From assembly GCA_001179505.1 (NCBI GenBank), contig CDMY01000296.1:62001-126000 (forward strand): a stretch of DNA of 64,000 bases. The letters run 5' to 3'. The notes under the pieces are model-generated. The model saw nothing but the letters and a program-made list of their open reading frames with translations. It made no database searches and had not been told where the DNA came from. Shown in pieces: positions 48,796 through 64,000 of the stretch; position 1 is the stretch's first letter, and the number at the start of each line of letters is the position of its first letter. Source of the stretch: Vitrella brassicaformis CCMP3155 (taxonomy: Eukaryota; Protista; Chromerida). The position numbers were made by a program, and so were the translations under genes.

Positions 48796-51019
48796 CCCCC
48801 CCCCCCCCCCCAAACCCACATGCAGCCCCGCCGCCAGGAGGTGAGTCAGTGTGGTGGGTGGGCAGGGATATATGGGTGAGGTCGGGGAAGGGAAAAACGA
48901 CTGCCAACACGAACCAATATAAAACATCAACTAGTCCATGCACGGGCATCGCATCGGTCGATCGGCTGTGTCGTTGAAAGGCTGGCTGCGTGGGTCGGAC
49001 GGACGGGACGGACAGGTGCGTGGGCGTGCCAGAGGCAGAAAGGCAAGTTAGGCAGGCAGGCAAGCTGACAGAGTCTCGAAGGGCCGCTCGCCGCACCGTG
49101 CTCGCACGCACATCACATGGCGGCAAAAAATGAAAAACGAGGAGGGGGGCTGCAATGAATGCTAACGAAAAAAAGGCAATTAAGGCAACAGAACAACCAG
49201 CAATTGTCGTGTCGAGCGAAAAGGGCCTGTGGGCTTGTGGCGGTGGATCGTCGGCCGGCTTAAATCATCAGCGACACGCACACACACACGTATGAAATGC
49301 TATGCGTAGGAGCACCCTGTCAGTCAGGAAGTAATCATGTGTTTGTACGCAAGTAAGACAACGGAAGGCCTGCACTCACCGAAGGTCAGGTCGGCCGCCA
49401 GGAGCTCAGGAGCCCTGTAATAACAACATAAGAAACACCAGGGTTTGTATCACACCAACCTCAACCCAACCAGGCCAAAACAATTGCACAAATAAATAAA
49501 CACGCAAGCAATGATATACGAGCAACAATCACGAGCGATAAAACACCGACCGACCGACCGATCTTACAGGGCCCCACTCACGTCCTTCTCCGACAGACAT
49601 TTACTTACTTCCCTCCCTCCCTACCTCTCTCTCTCATCTGTCTGTCCGAGCGTGTGCGTAGGTGCGTGTGAGCATTGTACGTATGAGCGTGAGTGAGTGC
49701 ATCACATGGCATGAGTGAGCGTGAGTGTGGAGGGCGGAAAGAAATCAGTAATTGGCCATGTACGCACACAGGCAGGGAGGGAGACAGACGGCCACTTACG
49801 CGGACAGAGATGTGGATATATGTATGCATGTCATGTGTGGCTGATTCATGTGTAAGCATGTACGTATGCATTCCATGTACGCATCCATACAGCCGCAGCC
49901 GCCAGTGTATGTCGATAAAGCAGGAATCCATCCATGTACACGAGCGCGCAGGAGCAACCAATCCAGCGATCGAGCCAGAGCGAGGGAGAAGAACACTTAG
50001 AGCAAGTATGCGATGAATGAAGCAGGCAGCCAAGCCGAGTCAAATCACGCCGAAGAAGCCCCTCTCTGGCCCACCGTCTGTACAAAATAGTGGGGGGTCT
50101 CGGCCAACCCTTGGGAAGAAGTGACACACACACACACACAGATAGATGGCACATCATCACATCATCACATCTCATGGAGGAGCAAAACCAGCGTTTAGAT
50201 ATGGGAATACGTGTACGGGGTGGCAGTGCATGTGCGATCGGTACCTACATGTATGTGTACCGATGGATGCACCTTCACCTTCGTAGCACCAACTTGCCAA
50301 TGAATGAATGAATGTATACAGACAGACAGATGTGTATGTATGGATGTATGTATGTATGTAGGCAGACAGACAGACATGCAGACGTGCCTCCCTCCCTGCT
50401 TCCATCCATCGATCCTTCAGACACTTCACCAGACCGCAATGCATCACATCACATTACACACACCACACCACGGGCTGCACCAATTCTGACCCGCTCGAGT
50501 TGCCCGTAGACACACATCCATGTACCTCCGTACGTACGCACCTGCGATCCGTCCCCCCTTCATTTATCCCTTCATTCACTGATTCATCTCTGTCTGTCTG
50601 TCTCTCTTCCTGTCTGTCTGTCTTGATAGCCTCTTCGCAACTGACGGAGAAAATGGTACGAAATGCCCGTCACAGCAGGCAGCCGAACACCTCACTGACA
50701 GCTCCCTCCCTCCCGGCCCGTCCATCCATCCATCGATCCATCCGTATGCATACATCAAAACTGCATTGACAGTCAACCAAACACCGACCGCATCACTCGC
50801 ACCACATCGCACCACACCACACCACACCGTCACCTGCCTGCCTTCAGCCATCGGTCACTGTCTCCATTACACACGCACCACCACACCATCAGCACATCAC
50901 ACCATACATCGTCACATACACGCTCAAGCAAGTCCAGACAGACACCATTCATTGCGATCCACAAGGCAGACACCCAAACCAGCATGTGCCCCCTCCCCAC
51001 TGTCGTGGGTGGGCCTCAT

Positions 51020-54000
51020 TCACCGACTCCCGCCTCCCGATAGGGCGTCCAGGCGTTCCAGCGGCTGCAGGCCGGTGTAGCACTGGCCTTCAATGACCCA
51101 CGAGGGAATGCCGCACGACGGCGCGCACTCGTTGGTCAGTGTGGGGTCGTTGACGCACTCGACATAGTCGATCTTGTCAGCTGCATCACCGAACATGGCC
51201 TTTTGCTGCGCGCAATAGGGACACCAGTTCATGCCGTACATCACAGCTCCTGCCATGCCATGCCACACCAACACAGACACATACACACAGTGTTGTTGAT
51301 TGCGCCATGCCCAACGGGCACTCCCCCCTTGCCCGCCCATTCAGCTCACCGACGCTGTCGAGCTGCTCAGCCACCCTGGTTCCCATGTCCTCACCACCAT
51401 CACCATCACCATCAGCATCAGCATCGTCGGGAGGTGGGGTGGTGCCATCCGCCACCTGCAGCCACCTCCTCGCCCCACGCATGTTCCCGATTTTCACATC
51501 GACACCAACAGTGGGCGCACTGCTCAGCTGCCGAGTGGATGCGATAGCCTCTAGTCGCTCCAATGGCTGCAGGCCGGTGTAGCACTGGCCTTTGATTGTC
51601 CATGACGGGATGCCACACGCAGGCGCGCACTCGTTGGTCAGTGTGGGGTCGTTGACGCACTCGACGTAGGTGATCTGGTCGACGGCATCACCGAACATGG
51701 CCTTCTGCTGCGCGCAGTAAGGGCACCAGTTCATGCCGTACATCACAGCACCTACAGGAAGTAAGACGACAACAGACAAATGAAAAGCGCCACGTCAGCC
51801 AGCCAGCGGTGTCTCTTATGCCGCGTACGTACCAGCGTCCTTGAGTTTCTCTGCCACTGCTGTGGCATTCGGCGCCCCCTGCAGCTGTCTTGTTCTCATC
51901 CGTGTGGTGTTGTCCATGTACTCGTGGTCAAAGTTGCTCCACTTGGCCAGTGTCTCGAGTGACTGCACGCCCGTCATCGAGTCGACCGTGTTGTTGACCG
52001 TCCGGTTGGAGGCGTCATTGAAACGGAACCATGAGGGCGTCTCCTTTATCTGCAAACACACAGATGAATGAAACCAGATGGTGTGCGTGGGTGGGGTGGG
52101 GGAGAGGTCAATCAAAGCGGGCTGCTGACTGACCTCCATGACTTCGCATTCCTTGGGGGCTGCCTCGCACTCGACGTAGATCTGGTGCTTCCTGAGCTTG
52201 TCGAAGGCCTCGCCGAACTCGGTCTTCTGTTTCTTGCAGTAGATGCAGAAACGAGACCCGTACACAACCACATCTGTATGAGACCCCACACACCACACGA
52301 GACAGACCACCCAATACAATACAATGCATAACCACTTTCCTTCCCCGCCACCATTCCATATATTACGTACGTACCATTTTCCTTCATGTGATCAGCAAGG
52401 CCGTGTGCGAAGGCCTGGCGGGCCGCATCGAGAGTGCTCCACTGGAAGCCTGTCGCCTCAGCGACGCTCTCCGGGTCGAGCAGGTCGAAGTGCATGGCGC
52501 CGTCGATGCTCCAGACGGGCAGGACGGGTGGCAGGTTGGCGGCCTCGCACTCCCTGGGGGTGACCTCGCAGTCGACGAAGGCGATGGCCTCGAAGGACTC
52601 ACCGAAGGACTCCTTAATGCTGTCGACCTTCGGATCGCTGCCCTGGCCGTACAGCTTCGCACCTGTGTGGGTTTCAATCAACGTGTGTGTAAGTCAGTAC
52701 ACAGGGGGCAGATGCTCTGCTCGTGTCTGGTCTGTTGACTGACTGACCTTTCTCCTTGAGGTGGGCAACGAGCTCTGCAGTGGGCTGCTGGTCGGTCTGC
52801 TGCGGGCTGACCGCCCCAGCGCCAGACACCATCACGCCCGCCAGGCCGTCCTCATCCACTCCTTTGGTCTGCTGGTGCGGGCGGAGCTCATTTCCCTGCA
52901 GCAGCGTCACGAGCTGCTCGAGTGTGAGGATGCCCTCGTAGTGCTGCCCGTCGATGACCCATGTGGGGTAGGAGGCGATGTTCTTGTCGAGGCACTTCTG
53001 CGGCTGGGCGTCGGGGCCGCTGCGGGCGCACTCGACGTAGTTGGGCTTGACGGACTCCCACTCCTGGCCGAAGAGCTTCTTCTGCTTCCGGCAAGCTGAG
53101 CACAGCCATGATCCGTAGATGTTCGCATCTGCGTGGCGTGAAACGACACACAGCCAGAAGTGATTGATAGATACATGGATGGATGTAGTCAGTCAGTGAG
53201 TGCTGTGGTTGGAATGTGAGGGTGTGTAGTGAGTGCTGTGGAGTGGTGCAGTGGCCCACCAGGAACCCCACCCACCTTTGTCCTTGATGAGTTGTGCCGC
53301 CATTTTGGCCTGCTTGCGCTCCGAGTCTTCGGTGAGTGTGAAGGACTTGCCGCCAGCTGTGGAGAAGTAGTCGGCAAAGGTGATGTTCTGCGCGGCGAAG
53401 TCACTCACTGTGGTCACACCTACACACACACAAAACCCAACAGATGATATGTGGGAGGCCTCTGTCTGCTCGATGTCCTCGTGTTGTGTAGTGTCGGCTC
53501 GCTTGGCAACTCACCGAGTACAGTGGTTCTGAATTGGACCCAAGCGAAGAGGGCCATGACACCTGCCATGGTGGTACATGTCAGGACAGCCATCTTGGTC
53601 GGTGTGACGACTCGGGTGGTGGTTGCGATGACGAAGAGGATGAAGCACACGCACGCACTGATGATGCAGTAGGGACAAAACTCCTGGATGTAGTAGCCCA
53701 TCAAGATCATCAAGTAACAGCTGCATGCACCAAACCACCACAACAGCCACACCACACCACACCACACCCGTCAGTCAACACACAGACAGACACACATGGA
53801 GCTTCCGATCGCCTCCCTCCTCCCCGCGGCCGCCCCGCCCACCTGAATGTGGCCATGGCGGCGACGCAAGCCAGGATGAGCACCCGATTGACCCGCTCCC
53901 ACTTGCCCCTCCCGCCATCGCTCAGGCACTCGCACACACCGTCGCAGCCCTCAGTGCTCGAGCTGTCCCACTGCTTGATGGGCTGCACCGACGAGGACTT

Positions 54001-54983
54001 GGCCAGACTCAGTGCGCGCCGCTTGCGCGCCACCATCCTGACCATCCGCGTCATCAGAGGCACCAGAGTGAGGCACGCCAGAGCCACGTAGGCCAGCAGC
54101 CCGAAGGCAGCCACGGGGAAGCCCAGGAACTCAGAAAACGGACCTGATGGACATTGATAGTAGATTGACAGACATGTCATGTACACACCTGCTTGACCAG
54201 CAGGGTGTGACGTTCATTAATCACTCTCTCTCATACGCTCGCTCATCTATATATATGGCCCCTGACTGACTGCCTGACGTCTTGACGTACCATCGAGGAC
54301 AGCGCTGCATCCGCCGGTTGCGCAGCCTCCCTTGTTCTTCTCACTCGAGAAGTGGCGCGCCGTTAAATAGAGAGACTCGCCCACACCCCCCAGCGCAATC
54401 ACGCCCATGACCACACGCACGCTCCAGTGCCACCCACCCCAGGCGATGCCTGCTGCTGCTGCCAGTTCTGCCCTTGCTGCAGCAGTGGGCCGCTGCTTGC
54501 CTTGATGATGATGTTTGTGCTGGTGGTGCTGGCCAGGCTGAGTGGTTTTCTTCACTCCCTTGGGCATCCGCCGACTGCCGGGCAGCTGATACGGCCCCTC
54601 TGGAGGCCAGTGCTCGTCCGTGTTGGCCTCACTGCAGACCTTGGGGGTGACAGAGTAGACTGTAGGGGTGCTGCTTTCAGGGGCGGCCATGGCCTCCTCG
54701 ACCAGCCCGGAAAGGGCCTCGCTCCGGGGGCTGTCGACCAGGTGGTCAACGGTCTGCTGGATCCGCCGCTCGTTCTGCCTGTTGGTGTCTTGGGGGTTGA
54801 AGATGGCGTCAGCAAAGCTGGCCTGGTCGTCTGAGTCGAGCATAATGCCGGCGACGTCCGTCATGCTGGGAGTTTGGGTGAGGTGCGACGAGGGCGTCTG
54901 GATCTGCTGGATCTGCTGATCTTCCATTCTCAGTAATGCTGATGGTATCGTACTCCACCGCCTATCCGTATCTCCTTTGAGCA
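51020..54983 (-). CDS. VKOR/LTO1-like thiol oxidoreductase fused to five tandem thioredoxin-like domains; first exon(s) upstream not resolved
   Basis: VKOR domain: ESLYLT..GCATGGCSAVLDGPFSEFLGFPVAAFGLLAY..FSCYLM..FCPYCIISA. Trx modules: DANIYGSWLCSAC (exon 52748-53128), GAKLYGQGSDPK (52375-52662, no CxxC), DVVVYGSRFCIYC (51833-52273), GAVMYGMNWCPYC (51350-51751) and GAVMYGMNWCPYC (51020-51249). Each module carries the V(E/D)C..C second pair, and four carry P(T/S/V)W(x)I(x)G. This matches the cyanobacterial/plant VKOR-Trx module MYGAYWCPHC..QK..FG..YVEC. Confidence 0.92.
51055..51751 (-). repeat. Recent internal duplication: Trx modules 4 (~51555-51751) and 5 (~51055-51249)
   Basis: Near-identical DNA, including an exact 44-nt match ggcgcgcactcgttggtcagtgtggggtcgttgacgcactcgac. 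Visible differences are mostly third-position changes. Confidence 0.95.
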
Positions 54984-55599
54984 CTAGAGAAATAGCCGTT
55001 AAGGTGGTCTAAGCTCGCAAGATCTGAGCTGAGCTCGCTGACGGCACCTCAACGTCTCCACTGTCTGGTGCAGCAGAGAGACCTGCTGGTCACGATATGC
55101 GGAGAAGAGTGTGCATGCGGCAGGATTCGTCGATTTGCAACAGGCATGGACAACTGCAGTGGAGGAGAATGGACGGATATTCGATGAAGGCACCGGACGC
55201 CGGCAGGAGGGCTGAGGTCATGAGGAGCGTCGAGACACAAGCTGCGACACGGCGACATGAATCCACCCACAGACCACCGTGAGAGAGATGCTTGACAGAC
55301 AGCAAATGCTGGCAAACTCCTGGCATGCTCTTTGTGCGCGCGTGTGTGTACATGTGGCTCTTTCTTTCCGCTTAGGCAGCTGCATTATGCTGGGACCGTG
55401 TGCCGTGACCCGTCTGCACTGATGAAGAAACCCGCAAGAGCCAAAGGCACGTTTTCTTGCAAGGCAAACCCGCCCAGCCGTCTCCCCAGCTGTCTGTTTA
55501 TCTCCCCCTCTCTCTGTTCCATGCCATGCACGCAGACGCTGTTCGGGCCACCCTGGCGGTTCTTGAGAGCAAGACACCGAGTGAGAGGACTCCCTGTCT

Positions 55600-56292
55600 A
55601 TGACTGCAGACGCATCTATCATGAAGGGCCCTTCATGCAATCAATGCATTGTCATTCGTGCAGCCGTCGAGAGAAGAGAGGATCTCGAGTATGATGGCGC
55701 CTCAGCTGCTCGTCCGCCAATGCCGCCGACACAGCGGAGAGGCAGGAGTGTGGGGCCGCATGCCGCCGCCATCCGGAAGGCTGTCAGCTCTTTGTCGGTC
55801 TCCAAGTTGAACACGACCCGTGAAGAATCGGTGACCCGCGAGACAGAGGAAGGCACATACACACACACTCCTTCATCTAATTGATTGGTTCCCTTGGTGT
55901 GCCTTCAGGAGGTTGGGGCTTTTTACGACTGGTTGGCCTCGCATGGTCTGGAGGGGTACATGGCCCAGCTGCTGTCGAATGGATTCTCAATAGACGTATG
56001 TAAAAGGGAACGAACATGCATACGAGGGGCTGGCAACCAGACGCATCAGCCCACACTGTTGCTACGCGCAGGTGCTGTCGCGGGGGTGTGATAACGGGGA
56101 GCTCCATAGGCGAATGAGAGAGGTCCTCACCTTCCAAACAGGTAGGCACTAGTGTCAAGCGCACACGAGTTCACACTACATGAAGCAGCGATATCGATTG
56201 CCCTATGGTCTGGTGGAATGCTGTCTGCAGAGGCCGACTGCAGGCGACTGTTGAAAGCGGTCAAGGCTCTGGCGGGCCCTGAAAGGCACTGA
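55600..56292 (+). CDS. Possible SAM (sterile alpha motif) domain protein; true start uncertain
   Basis: Splicing at GT-AG sites gives EVGAFYDWLASHGLEGYMAQLLSNGFSIDVLSRGCDNGELHRRMREVLTFQTEADCRRLLKAVKAL, resembling the SAM pattern WLxxxGLxxY..F..NG..RxxLLKAI. Stop TGA 56290-56292. Confidence 0.45.
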
Positions 56293-56579
56293 AAGAGTGT
56301 GTCGTAGGCCAGACCCGTATCATCGATAGCGCCACACGTGCATGTATGTACGGACATCTCCCGATGGATGGATGGATGGACACGCCTCGTTTGTGTCTTG
56401 CTACGACTCTCTCTCTACCTTGGAGTGCCGATAAATGTTGTTTCGCATAGCCAAGCGGGAACTGCGTATACTGTGCATGGCTGTCTTCGTCACTATACTT
56501 GCATGGCAGTGACGAGCGAACAAGGGAGACGCCCCCCAGGACGACCCGCGTCTCGCCGTTTGTAAATTAATGCGGCGGA

Positions 56580-57808
56580 ATGATGTTTGTGGTGGTTTTG
56601 GCTTCTCTGACCTGTTGTGCGGTGGGTGCTCCATTGCCATGGTGGCAGGAATCTTCACTCGCCAACGCCAAGTCCATGGCGCTGACGTACGGGCTCTTCC
56701 ATGAAGATGAAGGCACACTCAGATCAGATCTGGCATGCACTGTGTGCATGGATGGCGTCATGCAGCATGGACAGGGAAGCTAAACGATACTTCTCTTACT
56801 CGGAGGGACACATTGCAGGTAGGTACATACGTACAGTACTGCATGGTGGCACACTCACATCTGTTTCTCTTGTGGGTGGATCTGTTGTGGTATCGGTGCT
56901 GTCTGCAGAGAGCGAGAAGGTTCTGCAGATGTACTTCGAGTACTCAAGGAACCCCCTCGTCAAAACGGTGAGGCACAATCAGCCGGCCCATTGGCACACA
57001 TTGGATTGTGTGCGACCCGGCCCGGCCCTGTCTGTGCCGTTTGTTTGTTTGTGTCCCTTCCATTGCAATGGATTGGCAGATATATGAGACCGGCTTCAAC
57101 GGTGGCCACAGTAGTGCCATCTTCCTCACGGCCAACCCCACCGCACGGGTCATCTCATTCGACATCGGACAACACCCATACACACAGGGCAACGTACGGA
57201 CGGACGAGTGCACACACACACACACACACACACAAGGCTCCGCTGCTGCTGAATGGATGGATGGATGGATTGCGATGCAGGCGGGAGTGTTGAGGGGTCT
57301 GTATGGCGAGAGGTTCCAAGTGGTGTGGGGCGACTCGCGCAACTCCATCCCCTACATGCAGCGAATGATGCCGCAACTCAGGTGTCCACTCATGGATGGA
57401 TGGATGGACGGATGGATGGATGGACGGATGGCCTGTGTGTGTTGACGTGTGTGCAGGTGCGACCTCTTCAGCGTGGATGGGTCACACTCCTTTGAGGGTG
57501 CGTTGGGAGACCTGCTCAACTTCCACAGAATGGCCTCGTGCAGAAACTGGATACTCATGGTACAGCTTACATGCCCTGTCTGTCTGTCTGTGACAATTCA
57601 TCTGTGGTGGGCAACTGTTTTGGCGCCTGTCTGGTGGCAGGACGACGCCGGCTGGCGGTCGGTGAATAGGGCGTGGCAGACGGCAAAGGACCTGGGCATC
57701 GTCACACAGCTCGAGTGCTTCGCTGACACGCACGGAGCGCTCAACTACCCATTCATCGACACGCCCGACAACCGCACGTACGAACGAAGAGTCAGTCCCC
57801 CCGGCCCC
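56580..57808 (+). CDS. Class I SAM-dependent methyltransferase (Methyltransf_24-like) with N-terminal signal peptide; 3' end interrupted by gap
   Basis: MMFVVVLASLTCCAVGA leader. Motif I IYETGFNGGHSS, then ARVISFDIGQHPYT, RFQVVWGDSRNSIP, CDLFSVDGSHSFEGALGDLLNF and ILMDD. Coding-like sequence continues after the gap to ~58401. Confidence 0.85.
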
Positions 57809-58108
57809 NNNNNNNNNNNNNNNNNNNNNNNNNNNNNNNNNNNNNNNNNNNNNNNNNNNNNNNNNNNNNNNNNNNNNNNNNNNNNNNNNNNNNNNNNNNN
57901 NNNNNNNNNNNNNNNNNNNNNNNNNNNNNNNNNNNNNNNNNNNNNNNNNNNNNNNNNNNNNNNNNNNNNNNNNNNNNNNNNNNNNNNNNNNNNNNNNNNN
58001 NNNNNNNNNNNNNNNNNNNNNNNNNNNNNNNNNNNNNNNNNNNNNNNNNNNNNNNNNNNNNNNNNNNNNNNNNNNNNNNNNNNNNNNNNNNNNNNNNNNN
58101 NNNNNNNN
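57809..58108. other. Assembly gap (300 N)
   Basis: Run of N inside the methyltransferase locus, preceded by a C-rich tract. Confidence 1.
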
Positions 58109-58876
58109 GAGTGCATTCGACAACGGGGCGCGACAGCTGAAAGAGCTGGAGCAGCAGATCATCAGGGCGGCACAGATTGGGGGTGGGGGTGGGGGGTGGG
58201 CCGGCAAGAATGCGACAGCATGTAGTGGACAGCAGAATGGGACGGCGTGCAGCCAGCAGACGCAGCAGACGGCAGAGGGAGAGCGAGACACCGCCAGAGG
58301 AGGTCTGCCGCCTTCGTATGACGCTACGTGTCGGTGGTTTGCTGAGCGGCCGGTGTCGACACGGACGCTCGTCAGGCCCGTGTAGCAGTGGGAAGCTGTA
58401 GCCACGTGTGTATGTCATGTGTACAGTGAGCCAATGGAATGGAATGATGTGTGTGTAGGGGGCGGGGCAGGCAAAAGCGTCACATCAAGACAGACACCGA
58501 GGTGTGAATATCTGTCCGTATCAACTGACCTTTCCTTTCTGTGCTCCACGGACGTCAACAGCTAATGTACACCCACACGCCGACCCGACGCACATGGACA
58601 GGCACAGGCACAGGCACAAGTGTGGCCGCGTGCCGTGGCCGCGCAAAAAAGCATGCGAGCAGCCAGCCAGCCAGCCAGCCATTGATCGCTGATCCTTCCC
58701 TTCATTAATCAGAAAGATAAGACAGACAGACTGCACCCGACAAACCAAACCAGTACACATGCACCCATCAATCACATCAACCAAGCCGAAAAACCGGCTG
58801 GCTGTTTGGCATTTCACTCCCACACTCCCCCACACACAGACACACACATACTCGACTCGTTCTCTCTCATGTCATG

Positions 58877-63930
<5,054 letters not shown>

Positions 63931-64000
63931 GCACACACACATACAAACAAACAAAGACACACGCACCAGACAGAGTATGCCTGTACATCTGTGTGTGAGC

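Noticed and set aside
46947-48930. ORFs spanning N runs (also 57449-58418 and 62786-63988)
   Set aside because: Artefacts of translating assembly gaps as X.
24579-54983. Rieske, PRK and VKOR/LTO1 as a plastid-function gene cluster
   Set aside because: They are separated by many unrelated genes (TFIP11, GPI8, RING, FMR1-like), and this density is plausible by chance in an algal genome.
55853-55908. GC-AG intron in the SAM-domain gene
   Set aside because: A canonical GT donor at 55831 gives the correct frame into the SAM exon, whereas the GC donor gives the wrong frame.

Overview
Eukaryotic, GC-rich, intron-dense nuclear DNA. Short introns are filled with (CA)n/(TG)n, (CAGA)n/(TCTG)n and (TGGA)n/(TCCA)n microsatellites, and at least two genes (phosphoribulokinase and a Rieske protein) encode plastid proteins with signal-peptide-first leaders. 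This points to a photosynthetic alga with a secondary plastid; the style fits the chromerid Vitrella brassicaformis (inference, not verified). I reconstructed about 20 spliced genes by hand, so most ORFs in the supplied track are exon fragments or noise. Confident genes: S-formylglutathione hydrolase (5' truncated), tandem-TerD protein ending in a CaaX box, DUF1624-type membrane protein, ER-retained glutathione-peroxidase-like protein, plastid Rieske protein, TFIP11/Ntr1, GPI8/PIG-K, an FMR1/FXR-like Agenet-KH-RGG protein, a membrane RING E3, phosphoribulokinase, a VKOR/LTO1-like protein, a Methyltransf_24-like enzyme, and dihydropyrimidine dehydrogenase (5' truncated). There are four 300-N assembly gaps. 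I found no rRNA, tRNA, CRISPR array or recognisable transposon. Most notable: (1) a VKOR fused to five tandem thioredoxin-like modules, each starting at an equivalent phase-1 intron, one of them lacking its CxxC; (2) a full-architecture fragile-X-protein homologue in a probable alveolate alga; (3) an HDEL-tagged GPx that has lost three catalytic residues; (4) a probably prenylated double-TerD protein; (5) an intronless orphan gene; (6) telomere-like motifs upstream of genes and polarised AC/GT intron repeats. Exon boundaries were read by eye, and no database search or alignment was run.
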